NCBI GenBank assembly: GCA_013416795.1
Contig: RQSC01000002.1
Location: forward strand, 224,603 to 288,602
Direction of reading: 5' to 3'
From: Prasinococcaceae sp. CCMP 1430
Taxonomy: Eukaryota; Plantae; Prasinodermophyta
Length of the DNA stretch: 64,000 nucleotides
Numbering within the stretch: position 1 is the stretch's first letter; every line of letters starts with the position of its first letter. Of this stretch, positions 44,001-54,257 are shown one piece after another. Both the position numbers and the translations under genes were made by a program. The notes beneath the pieces were generated by a model that saw nothing but the letters and a program-made list of their open reading frames with translations, made no database searches and was not told the origin of the DNA.

Positions 44001-45185
44001 NGCGTCCGTGCCCCCCCCCCTGCGCACCCCGCGCCCGCGCACGGCTGCGCTCGCTCGCTCGGCGAGGAACGGCACGCCCGCGCGCGCGTCGCAGGCCATC
44101 AGCAGGGTGGGTTCCACTCCAACCAGGACAAACCATATCAAAAAGCAAATGGATTCCAACAATACACCCAAAGATGCGGCGTATTCTTAGGAATCCAAGA
44201 CGCCTCCGGAACGGGCGCGGGCGGGCGCGCGGGCGGGCGGGGGACGCGCGCCCGCGCGCCCGCCGAGGCAGGAAAAAGACCGGGAAAAACGAGACAGGGA
44301 AAAGAGCGCGAGGGGAAAGCGTCGGAAGACTGACCGAAGAAGTCATGGCTGCGCCGCGCGGCGCGGCGCGGCGCGCGGCGGGGGGGTTCCGCCGGCCTTC
44401 CGGAGACGCGAGAGGTTTTTTTTTGGTTAACGAGGGATTGATGCGGAAAAAGCGACATCTCGAGCTTTCCCCCGCGCGCGCCCCCGAACCGAGCCCCGAC
44501 CGAACTCGGCTCCTGCCTGACCCACCACGCAGCAGCAGACGGAAAATAAAAAATAAAAAAGGAAAAAAAGCGAGGAAGGAGGCAGGCAGAGGCCGAGGAG
44601 CGAGCGGCCCCACACACAAACAAAAACAGCGGCGCGAAAAAAAAAAACCCGGCGCACGGCGAATGCATTTTGACGGGGAAGGGGCCAGGCCCTCGGTCGG
44701 CGGGGGTCGCTCCCGCGGTTTTGATGAAGGGGCGCAAAAGAAAAGCGGCAAAACAAAAAATGGGTGCGTTTTGATACGCGCGCGCCCCCGTGTTTTTTTT
44801 TTGGGCGCGGCGGCGTGCGCTTTGATGGGGCGCTCCCGGAAATCCATGCGTTTTGATGTGTGATGTGTGTTTTGCGGCGCGCCGATCCCGCTCCCACCGC
44901 CAACCAACCCCTTTATAAGGAGGGTTTTTTTTGTTGGGTCTTTTTCCATGATGAGGACGCGGATGTGATGGTGATGAGCGCGGACTTTTTAATTTTTCGA
45001 TGCCTCTCGCCACGTGGTCCGGTGAACGTGCATGCACTCCTTCGCCTGGGTTCCATCGGGTTCCGTTGGATTCCGTCGCAATGCGCAGAAATTATGGAAT
45101 CCAGGTGATTGGATGACGGACGGACGGGGACGGCGCGGCGGGGGGGCGCCACAGCGAGCGCCTCGGCGGGGGCGCGAGCGCCTGG

Positions 45186-46774
45186 ATGGCGGGGGCCGCG
45201 CTGGCGTTCGTGGGCGCGGGCGCGGCGGGCCTCGCCGCCGCGCGCGAGCTCGCGCTCGAGGGGCTCGCGCCGACGGTGTTCGAGGCGGGCGAGTCCGTGG
45301 GCGGCGTGTGGGCATTCACTGAGGAGACCGACTCCGACGCCGCGGGCGCCGACCCGGCGCGCAAGCGCGTGCACGGCTCGATGTACCGCAACCTGCGCAC
45401 CAACCTGCCCCGCGAGCTCATGTCGTACGCGGCGCTGCCGTTCGGCGACGCCGAGGGCGGCGGCGACACGCGGCGCTTCGTCGGCCACGAGGCCGTGGAG
45501 CACTACCTGGAGGCGTACGCCGATCGGTACGGCCTGCGCGAGCACGTGCGTCTGGGCACGCGCGTGCTCGAGGCCACGCCCGTCGACGCGGCCGCCGACG
45601 GCGCGCCGCAGGTGCGGCTGCCCGCGCCCGACTGGCGCCGGCCCGGCGCGGCGGTGGGGCTCGTCCCGGACACGACGGCGTGGCGGGTGACGAGCTCCGG
45701 TGCTGCCGGCGGCGACGGCGGCAGCGAGCGCCGCGTCGAGGTCTTCGACGCGCTGTGCGTTTGCAACGGGCACTATTCCGAGCCGCGCTTGCCGGCGCTG
45801 CCGGGTGCCGACGCCTTCCCGGGCGAGCTCGTGCACAGCCACAACTACCGCGACACGAAGGGCTACGAGGGCAAGCACGTGGTGGTCGTGGGGGCTGGCG
45901 CATCGGGCGAGGACATCGCGCGCGAGGTTGCGAGCGTCGCCGAGTGCGTGCATCTGTCCGCGCGCTCGTGGAAGCAGCTGCTGCCGGGCTTCGTGCCATC
46001 GCCGGACGACGCGCCCATCGGGGCGCACAAGAACGTCTATCGCCGCGGCGACGTCGTCGCACTGCACGCCGACGGCAGCGTGGACTTCGAATGCGGCGCT
46101 CGGGCGCCACGCGCCGACATCGTGCTCATGTGCACGGGCTACACGTACGCCTTCCCATTCCTCGAGGGCGCGAACGCTGTGGCGGTCGAAGACAACAGGG
46201 TGGGCCCGCTCTACGAGCACATGTTCACTCCGGCACTCGGCGCGAGCCTCAGCTTCATCGGCCTGCCGTGGCGCGTGGTGCCCTTCCCTCAGTTCGAGCT
46301 CCAGGCGAAGCGCATCGCCGCCGCGCTCTCGGGCCGCGCGCCGCTGCCGGCGGGGAGCGAGATGGCCGCTCACGCCGCTGCGGAGTATGCGCGCCTCGAT
46401 GACGCTGGTGTGCCGCAGCGCCACACGCACATGCTCGGCGCCGCGCAATTCGAGTACAACGATCGGCTGGCGGACGCGTGCGCCGCGCCGCGCCTGCCGC
46501 AGTGGCGCGAAGACATGTACAAGTGCGTGCGCGCGCGCATGCATGCGCAGCGCGCGCGCGCGCGCGCGCGCGCGTCCTCGTGCAGCCGCGCGAGACCCTG
46601 CGCTGCGCGCGTGCTGACCCGACCCTTCTTCGCACACGCGCGTGCCGCAGGCTCACGGGTCAGAGCAAGCGTGCGCAGCCTGAGTTGTACAGGGACGAAC
46701 ACATGGACGAACACCTGCTACCGCTCGTCGCGCAGGAGGTCGCGCAGATGCAGCGAGTGCAAGCGCAGGCGTGA
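45186..46774 (+). CDS. Flavin-containing monooxygenase (FMO GS-OX-like); intron 46523-46650
   Basis: FAD motif VGAGAAG, MYRNLRTNLPRELM, FMO motif FPGELVHSHNYR, NADPH motif VGAGASG, CTGY. The splice restores ...PELYRDE. Confidence 0.93.
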
Positions 46775-46926
46775 GCGGCGCAGCTTCGTACAGAAGCGGT
46801 GCCGCCGCGGAGATATTGGCTAATATGAATACTGTCGCGTTTTTTGTTTACTCTCCCCACCTGCGCCGTATCTGTATGTGTCAGGGCCCGGCCGCCCGCC
46901 GCCCGCCCGCCCGTGCCGCCGTCTCG

Positions 46927-49701
46927 CTAGGCCTGCACGATGTTCCCGCCCGCGAGCCTGATGCCCTGAACCGACGTGATGGCCTCGCGCAGCTCGTCGT
47001 TCGTGACCTTCATGCCGAGCTTCTCAGCCACCTCGGCGGCGATCGCGCCTAGGCTGACACTGCCGTCGGCCCCCCTGCGCTCGGCGTAGGCCTCGCTCAC
47101 GGCCTTCTCCAGCTGCTTCTGGTGTTGCCTGGCCGAGGCCGACACACCCGTCGTGAGCAGATCCATGTCGATGGCGCCCGTCGCGCTGTCGGTGGCGCTC
47201 TGCTGCATGGCAACCTTCATGAGACGCACGGCCTCCTCGACGTCCGCGGGCACCACCTCGTCCGCGAGCTTCATCCGCGCGAGCGCCTCGGACATGCGAA
47301 CGAGCGACTCGAGCTGGCGCGGCGTGGCGCTGATAACCTTTCGGCTCGAGCCCAGCTGGCGCATCTCCACGTACTTGTCGACGAGCAGGCTTGCGGCCTC
47401 GTCCGAGATCTTGGGGTGGCACGCCGCGCGAGCGTACGACACGTACTGCGTGAGCTTCTCCAGCGGGATGGCGCCCTTCGCGGCCTCGGGCGGCGCCGCC
47501 GAGTGCAGCGACACCAGGTGCTTGGCGAGGCGCCGGTCGCTCAGGTCATCGGCCCTGTCGAGCACCAGGTACACCAGGTCGAAGCGCGAGAGCAGGCTGG
47601 GCGGCAGCTGGATGTTGTCGATGACCGACATGCGCGGGTTGTAGCGCGAGCCGACCGGGTTGGCGCACGCGAGCACCGAGGTGCGCGCGTTGAGCGTGCA
47701 AATGATGCCCGCCTTGGCGATGGACACCGTCTGCTGCTCCATCACCTCGTGCAGCACGCTGCGGCTCGAGTCGCTCATCTTGTCGAACTCGTCGATGCAG
47801 CACACGCCCCGGTCCGAAAGCACGAGCGGGCCAGACTCGAGGACGGCCTCCTTCGTGTCCGGGTCCTTGGACACGTACGCGGTCAGGCCAACCGCGCTCG
47901 AGCCGCGGCCGCTGGTGTAGATGCCGCGCGGCGCGATCTTGTGCACGTACGACAGCAGCTGCGACTTGGACGTGCCCGGGTCGCCGACGAGCAGCACGTT
48001 CACCTCGCCGCGACGGCGCCCGCCGCCGCTCTTGGTGAGGTCCTTGTGCGTACCACCGAAGAGCTGGCAGAGAACGCCCTTCTTGATGTCGTCCAGCTCA
48101 AAGATGGAGGGCGCCACCGACTTCGTGAGCGTCTCGTAGATGTCGCCCTCGGCCGCCAGCGCGCGCATGGCGGCGTCCTCGGCCTGCAGGTCGGCCTTGG
48201 ACTTGTCGCTGTCGTAGAACTCTCCCGATTTGATCGCCGCGGTCTCCTCGCCCTCCTCGGCGAGGCGCGACGCGTCCGTCTTGCGCACGTGCACCACATC
48301 GACGTACGTGCGGAAGGTGGACTTGAGCACGCGCGTGCGCGCACTCTCGCGCACGGGCACCGCGCGGAACACGCCGGTGACCTCCACCTTGTCGCCGGGC
48401 TTCACGTTGTCCACCAGCGAGTCGTAGAGAAGCATGCTCATGGTGTGCGGCGTCTCGCCCTGCGGCATCTCGTCCGCGTTCTCCTGAAGCTTGATGCCCT
48501 GCCTGTCGGCGAACTGGCATCGGTTGTGCACCAGCTGGAACGCGTGCTTCGTGCCGCACGAGGGGCACTGCTTGGGCTCGTCCACCTTGCCCTTGTCCAC
48601 GAACACCGGCATCTCCTTGGCGCACACGTTGCAGCGGAAGAAGGCCTGCTTGAGGTCTGGGTTGATGGGCGCCACGCGCGTCACCATGCCCTCGATCGAC
48701 ACGAGCTGGCCCACGTCCTGCGGGTCCAGCGCGCGCATCTGCTTGGTCTCCTCCATGTTGAACACGCGCACCTGCAGGCGGCGCGGCGGCTCCTGGTCGT
48801 CGTACAGCGCGCGCGCGGTGTCGTCCACCACGATGTCGAAGATGGGGATGAGCTCCTCGGGGTAGCGCACGAGGTTGTCGTACAGCCACCTGTCCCAGCG
48901 CCGCAGGTTCTTGCAGTCCAGGTTGAAGACGTTGCCGCCCTGCTCGATCACCTCGCGGATGAGGCGCTGATAGAAGGACTCGTGCCCGAACGGCGCGAGC
49001 GACGGCGTCGCCGCGGGCGTGTACATCTGTGCGTTCATCGCGGGGGGGCTCGGCGGCGGGCTCCCGGCCTCCGCGGCGTCGCGCGCGGGCGACATGGGCG
49101 GCGACGGCGCGGGCGTGACGATCACCTGCGCGGCGGGCGTGAGCGCGTCGTCCAGCGTGAAGTTCTCGATGAAGCGGCGGAAGCGGGCGGTGCACTGATC
49201 GATGTTGACGTTGGTGCCCCAGACGAAGGTCTCGACGAAGCCGCCGTCGTTGCCCTCCGAGGTGGGGTTGGGGGTGGCGCGGCCGCTGGAGCCCGAGCGG
49301 TCCGAGAAGCGGTCGCCGTTGGTCGTGTGGCGCTGCGACGTGAAGCCGCGGCTCGAGCTGCGGTTGAAGACGCGGCCGCTCGGGTGCAGGTCGTTGCGCG
49401 CGCCGCTGCGCGGCGTGGGGCGGCCGCCGCTGGCGGGCGTGCCCGAGTACGGCGTCGCGGCGACGCCCGTCGCGCCGCGGTCGCTGCTGGTCGTCAGCGC
49501 GTTCAGCGGCGAGCCCAGCATGTTCGCCGGCGGGCTCGTCTCGAGGAACTGGTTGTGGCCCTCGGACGTGAACTGCGCGTGCTCCGACATGGGCAGCGGG
49601 CTCGAGCTGCGGTAGCCGCCCGTGCTCGGCGTGCGCGCCGCGGGGGCGCCGCCCGAGGAGGGCGTGGGCGTGTGCGCGGGCACGGGCTCGTCCGCCGCCA
49701 T
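46927..49701 (-). CDS. MCM4: DNA replication licensing factor MCM4
   Basis: S/T-P-rich N-terminus, VWGTNVNI, C4 zinc finger, Walker A GDPGTSKSQ, Walker B CCIDEFDKM, SRFDL arginine finger, ATPRQLES. Confidence 0.98.
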   Translation of the reverse strand: MAADEPVPAHTPTPSSGGAPAARTPSTGGYRSSSPLPMSEHAQFTSEGHNQFLETSPPANMLGSPLNALTTSSDRGATGVAATPYSGTPASGGRPTPRSGARNDLHPSGRVFNRSSSRGFTSQRHTTNGDRFSDRSGSSGRATPNPTSEGNDGGFVETFVWGTNVNIDQCTARFRRFIENFTLDDALTPAAQVIVTPAPSPPMSPARDAAEAGSPPPSPPAMNAQMYTPAATPSLAPFGHESFYQRLIREVIEQGGNVFNLDCKNLRRWDRWLYDNLVRYPEELIPIFDIVVDDTARALYDDQEPPRRLQVRVFNMEETKQMRALDPQDVGQLVSIEGMVTRVAPINPDLKQAFFRCNVCAKEMPVFVDKGKVDEPKQCPSCGTKHAFQLVHNRCQFADRQGIKLQENADEMPQGETPHTMSMLLYDSLVDNVKPGDKVEVTGVFRAVPVRESARTRVLKSTFRTYVDVVHVRKTDASRLAEEGEETAAIKSGEFYDSDKSKADLQAEDAAMRALAAEGDIYETLTKSVAPSIFELDDIKKGVLCQLFGGTHKDLTKSGGGRRRGEVNVLLVGDPGTSKSQLLSYVHKIAPRGIYTSGRGSSAVGLTAYVSKDPDTKEAVLESGPLVLSDRGVCCIDEFDKMSDSSRSVLHEVMEQQTVSIAKAGIICTLNARTSVLACANPVGSRYNPRMSVIDNIQLPPSLLSRFDLVYLVLDRADDLSDRRLAKHLVSLHSAAPPEAAKGAIPLEKLTQYVSYARAACHPKISDEAASLLVDKYVEMRQLGSSRKVISATPRQLESLVRMSEALARMKLADEVVPADVEEAVRLMKVAMQQSATDSATGAIDMDLLTTGVSASARQHQKQLEKAVSEAYAERRGADGSVSLGAIAAEVAEKLGMKVTNDELREAITSVQGIRLAGGNIVQA

Positions 49702-49854
49702 CGCGCGCGCTGTGGCTGCTCCGCCTCGCGCCAAGCCCTCCGACTCGAGCCACTGCCCCGCATGCGCTTTGACCTGCCAACCCGCGGAGGTCGAAGCGCA
49801 TGCGCGCGCGCGACCGCGTGCGTTTCGACCTCTCGCCCCGCCCGCGGCGCCCGC

Positions 49855-49883
49855 TCCCGCCAAAACACGCGTTCCCGCCAAAA
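49855..49883. promoter_or_regulatory. Tandem E2F sites (TCCCGCCAAAA x2) in the MCM4/SCC3 bidirectional promoter
   Basis: 49855-49865 and 49872-49883 match the E2F consensus; MCM genes are established E2F targets. Confidence 0.75.
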
Positions 49884-50401
49884 CCCGCGCGTTCCGCCCC
49901 GCCGCCGCCGCCGGCCCCGTCGAGATCCGGGGAAGGCCCGGCGTGACCCCGGTGTGCGCCCTCCGATCCGCCCGTGCGCGGGGGAAAATCGTGGAACCAC
50001 CCCGGAAAAGACCCTATCAGACCGGGGTCGGGGGGTCGGTTCCGCGAGGGCAGCTCACAAACAAAAGGACCGGTCGGAAACGCGCAGGCCAACACGGATG
50101 CGCGCGCGCGCGAGCGGGCGCGCGCTGGGATAAGAATCGAACCCTGCATGTGATTTGACCCTAAAGTTGAAACCTAAACTCGCCACGACGCAGGCAGCGG
50201 CGGGAAGCGCGGGGCGCGCTTTCGAATATCGACGCCGCGAAAAAGAGAACCTGGCGGGGGGGTGGGGGGGGGCGCCACACTGCGCGCGCCCGCGCGGGGC
50301 GGCGGCGCGGACGGCCTCTTTCTTCTTGCGCCTCCCTTTTCCCTCCGCGCTCGGCCTCCCGCTCCGTCCCGCCCCGGGTGCCGTGCGGCGGCGGCGGCGC
50401 G

Positions 50402-53400
50402 ATGGCGGCGGTGCGCCGCTCGGCGCGCATCAAGGAGCTGCCGCAGAAGCCGGCGGAGCCCGTCGAGGACAGCGACGTCGAAGACGAGGCGCTCGCGGGA
50501 GCGAGCGACAGCGACGGCGAGGGGCGCGCGCTGCGCCCCGCCAAGAAGCAGAAGGGGGGCGGCAAGAAGAAGCAGGCCGCCGCGCCGAAGAAGCAGCAGG
50601 GCAAGCGGGCGGCCGCCGATGGCGCCGACGGCGAGGCCGACGGCGAAGACGAGGAGAACGACGCCGCCGTCGCGGCCGGGGCCAGCGGCAAGGGCGCCAA
50701 GGCCGCTGCCGCCAATCTCAGCGCGGACCAGGCCGCGAACGAGCTCTTCGCGACGGTGTGCGCGTCTGGCGCCAAGGCGTCCGAGCTGAAGAGGGCGTGC
50801 GCGGAATGGTCCAAGGGCTTCGACCGCGACGCCGAGGCGGGCATCCGCGAGCTCGTGGCCTTCTTCCTGCTCTCGAGCGGCGCGAAGAACCTCAAGAAGG
50901 TCGAGGCCGTGCTGGAGGATGGGGGCGATATCGACGACGTCATCGTCGCCACGGTCGAGGCGATGAGTGTCGCGGGCGGTGGTGACGATGTGTGGGCCAC
51001 CAAGAACAAGCGCAACAAGAAGTTCCGCCCGGGCTTCTTGGCCGTCTGGGCGCAGCTGGTGGGAGTGCTGGACGGCGGGAGCGCGCTGGATTCGAGGCTC
51101 CTGCACGAGAAGGAGGACGGTGGCAGTGAGCCTAGCCAGCTGCTTGAGACCATCGTGGCGTTTGTTACGGCCGCGTCGGGGCAGGGCCCGCGCGACATGC
51201 GCATGGCGGCCACGCACGCCACCGTCGAGCTCACCAGCGCCCTCATCGGCGTCGCCACGCGCATCACGGAGGCGCGCACCACGCTGGACCGCCAGGCGTC
51301 ATCCAAGACCGGCAAGGCTAAGGGCAGCGCCGCCTCGCTCAAGGCGGAGGCGGCTCGGCTCGACGATCGGCTGGAGACCATCCACGGCGTGATGGACTCG
51401 CTGTTCACCGGCGTGTTCACCCACCGCTTTCGCGACGTCGATGCGCGCGTGCGCGCTGCGTGCCAGGAGGGCCTCGGTCGCTGGGTGGGCGCGTACCCCG
51501 TGCACTTCTTCACAGAGTCCAAGCTCAAGTACAACGCATGGCTGCTGTCGGACGACGACGCGCACGTGCGCCTCGCGAGCCTCACCGCTCTCGAGTCCAT
51601 CGTGGATGACCTCGAGGACTACGCACAGCAGCTCGAGGGCTATGTGACGCGCTTCGGCTCGCGCCTCTTGCAGGCCACCAACGACGTGGACGTGGGCGTG
51701 GCCGCCAAGGCCATCGGCGTGCTCGGTGGGCTCCTGCGCGCAGAGCTGGTGACGGAGGACGAGGTGCTTCCCGAGATGTACCCGCTGCTGCTCGACGACT
51801 CCGTGCAGGTGCGCAGGGCGGCGGCGACGGTTTTGAAGGAGCACTACCTGGACGAGGTATCCGCGAGCAAGGCCGATGCAGGCCAGCGCAAGAAGGGCAA
51901 GGCGGCCGCAGGGGGCGCGGCGAAGGACGAGCTCTGCGGCATCGTGGACATCGCCGAGGAGCTGTGCGAAGGGCAGGTCCAGGTCACCATGCTGGTGGAC
52001 GCGATGTGGGACGTGGCGGACTCGCTGCGCGACTGGCCCGCGCTGATCGAGCTCCTCGGTGACGACAATGACGAGGCGCTGGAGGGCATCAAGCGCGTGC
52101 GCCTCGCTCAAGTGTTGTCGGTTGCCGTGCGCAAGGCGTCTGGGGCCCCCGTTGTGCCTGGCGAGAAGGCTGCGGCGCGCGCGTTCTCCAAGAAGACCGC
52201 TGCAAATGAGAAGGCGCGCAAGGACGCGACCGCCAACCTCCTGGAGGAGCTTCCCGAGCTGCTCGATCGCCTCGGCGAGGATGAAGACATTGTCGGAGCG
52301 CTGGCCGACATCGTGCCGCGCCTCGATCTCGAAATGTACGGCAGCGCGGGGGAGCAGTCGACCGCCGAGGATCTCGCGAAGGCGCTGCGCTCTGCGCTCA
52401 AGCGCCACAGCGATCGTGCCGTGCTCGAGTCATGCGGTCGCGCGCTGCGTGCGCTGGAGAACACGGATGCCTGCGCGAGCACTGCGCCCGTGGTGATCAA
52501 GGGGGCTGTGACCGACCTGTCGGGCGCCGTGCGCAAGGCTGCGAACAAAGTTTTGCGGGGGGACACCAAGTCGGACACCGTGGTGGCGCTGATCGCCGCG
52601 CTGCGGCGGATGTACACCGTGCAACGGTCTGCCTGCGCGCGCCTTGGGGCCGCGCGTGCCCCCGTCTCGACGCTGCTCGCGCGCATTGCCTCGGACGACC
52701 TCGAGGTGGACGCCGAGCTGACCGCCGCCCTCATCCAGTCTACGACCGCCGAGGTGTTCCTCGGGGTGTCGCCGGACAGCAAAGACGACGTGGCCACCGT
52801 CTCCGAGTGGGCTGGGGACCTCGTGGACGCCACGCAGTCGCTGTGTGCCAGCCCGGACGAGAAGGTGCGCGTCGCAGCCTCTTCGTCGCTTTCGGACATG
52901 CTCGTGCTCTTCGGCAAGTGCGCACCGGAGGGCCAACGCATTCAGACCACCGCGGAGATGTGTGGCAAGCTGTGGCACGCGTGCAGCGAGACCATCAAGT
53001 CCATGGCGGACAAGAAGGGCGAGGGCGATTCTGCCAAGGCCGCCTATCGCGCAGCGCTGCAGTGCGCTGGCCGGCCAGTGTTCGCGAATGCTGTGGAGAC
53101 GACGGAGGCGGTGTGGCTGATGTCACGCCTTCTGTCCATCTGGCCCGATGACGACTCGAAAGAAACTCAGAATGTGATGAAGTGCGTGTGTGCGCGGCTG
53201 GCTCGCTCGGACTACGTTGGCTCGTGGCGAGCATACAGCGACGCGCTGAAGCTCGCGTTCGACATTTACGCATCGGCAATCGCCGACGGCGACGCGGACG
53301 CGGCTGAGGAAGCTATCTCTCGTGTGACGAAGCTGGCAACCAACATCAACAAGATACTCAAGGAGCAGAACGACGCGTTCGGCAAGCGCGACAAGGGTCC

Positions 53401-54037
53401 CGCCGGCAAGGCGGCTGCGAATGCGACGAAGGCCGTCGCCGACCACGTATTGCTCGACGGTGTCGACTTCGCCTTTGAGGATGTGCCAACGAGCTTGCTG
53501 TATCTGGTCGCGGCCCTGCACGCGCTGGTGGGCAAGACCAGCGCGGAGGGGTCCAGAAGGGCGCTTGACAAGCTCGAGGCCAAGATGAGCACTTCTGGCA
53601 GCCAGGCAGCTGACGACAACAAGAATGAGTGGGAGGCAGTCGAGGTATTCAAGGCGTCGCTCGAGGAGCAGGCGGCCAAAGCGCCGCCAGCTGTTGCCGC
53701 TGCGAAGGCCCCTGCTGCCGTTCCCGCGCCCGCCGCTGAGCTTCCGGCGCCTGCCGACGAGCCGATGGCCGAGGATGTGGGAGGCGAGGCCGAGCCGATT
53801 GAGGAGACGCCGCTCGACGCAGGGGAGGGTGAAGAGGTTGGGCTTGATGATGAGGTAACGCACGCGAAGGGACGCAAGAAGGCATCCGTCGGCGTGATGG
53901 TTGACGAGGAGCAGGATGGCGCCTCTTCAGAGGAGGAGGAGGTGCCCGCGCGCGCTGCGCGTGCTACGCGTGGGAAGAAGCGCGTCTCGCCGGCCAAGGA
54001 GCCCGCCCCCGCGCGGTACCCAAAGCGCCGGAGGTGA
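50402..54037 (+). CDS. SCC3: Cohesin subunit SCC3/STAG
   Basis: STAG/SCD motif LFTGVFTHRFRDVDARVRAACQEGLGRWVGAYP...LKYNAWLLSD...VRL; HEAT-like body; acidic/basic tails. Confidence 0.95.
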   Translation: MAAVRRSARIKELPQKPAEPVEDSDVEDEALAGASDSDGEGRALRPAKKQKGGGKKKQAAAPKKQQGKRAAADGADGEADGEDEENDAAVAAGASGKGAKAAAANLSADQAANELFATVCASGAKASELKRACAEWSKGFDRDAEAGIRELVAFFLLSSGAKNLKKVEAVLEDGGDIDDVIVATVEAMSVAGGGDDVWATKNKRNKKFRPGFLAVWAQLVGVLDGGSALDSRLLHEKEDGGSEPSQLLETIVAFVTAASGQGPRDMRMAATHATVELTSALIGVATRITEARTTLDRQASSKTGKAKGSAASLKAEAARLDDRLETIHGVMDSLFTGVFTHRFRDVDARVRAACQEGLGRWVGAYPVHFFTESKLKYNAWLLSDDDAHVRLASLTALESIVDDLEDYAQQLEGYVTRFGSRLLQATNDVDVGVAAKAIGVLGGLLRAELVTEDEVLPEMYPLLLDDSVQVRRAAATVLKEHYLDEVSASKADAGQRKKGKAAAGGAAKDELCGIVDIAEELCEGQVQVTMLVDAMWDVADSLRDWPALIELLGDDNDEALEGIKRVRLAQVLSVAVRKASGAPVVPGEKAAARAFSKKTAANEKARKDATANLLEELPELLDRLGEDEDIVGALADIVPRLDLEMYGSAGEQSTAEDLAKALRSALKRHSDRAVLESCGRALRALENTDACASTAPVVIKGAVTDLSGAVRKAANKVLRGDTKSDTVVALIAALRRMYTVQRSACARLGAARAPVSTLLARIASDDLEVDAELTAALIQSTTAEVFLGVSPDSKDDVATVSEWAGDLVDATQSLCASPDEKVRVAASSSLSDMLVLFGKCAPEGQRIQTTAEMCGKLWHACSETIKSMADKKGEGDSAKAAYRAALQCAGRPVFANAVETTEAVWLMSRLLSIWPDDDSKETQNVMKCVCARLARSDYVGSWRAYSDALKLAFDIYASAIADGDADAAEEAISRVTKLATNINKILKEQNDAFGKRDKGPAGKAAANATKAVADHVLLDGVDFAFEDVPTSLLYLVAALHALVGKTSAEGSRRALDKLEAKMSTSGSQAADDNKNEWEAVEVFKASLEEQAAKAPPAVAAAKAPAAVPAPAAELPAPADEPMAEDVGGEAEPIEETPLDAGEGEEVGLDDEVTHAKGRKKASVGVMVDEEQDGASSEEEEVPARAARATRGKKRVSPAKEPAPARYPKRRR

Positions 54038-54257
54038 TTATCACGCACGCCGCCAGGCGCTCTCGCGCGCGAGGGCGCGTGCGACGCATACATGAAAGGG
54101 GACGGTCACGGAGCCGACGCGAGTGAGCCGAGAGATGGCCAGGTGCCCACCCCGTCGCGACGAGAAGCCTCCTTAGTCCCTACTCCACTACTGTTACATA
54201 CTACGAACACTTTGATACGAGCACCAGCGCGCGAGAGGCACGTCGCGGGTGTGTTCG

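Noticed and set aside
44001-44949. 300-aa N-terminal extension of ferrochelatase
   Set aside because: Upstream of an N and full of homopolymer runs; looks like noisy gap-fill, not coding sequence
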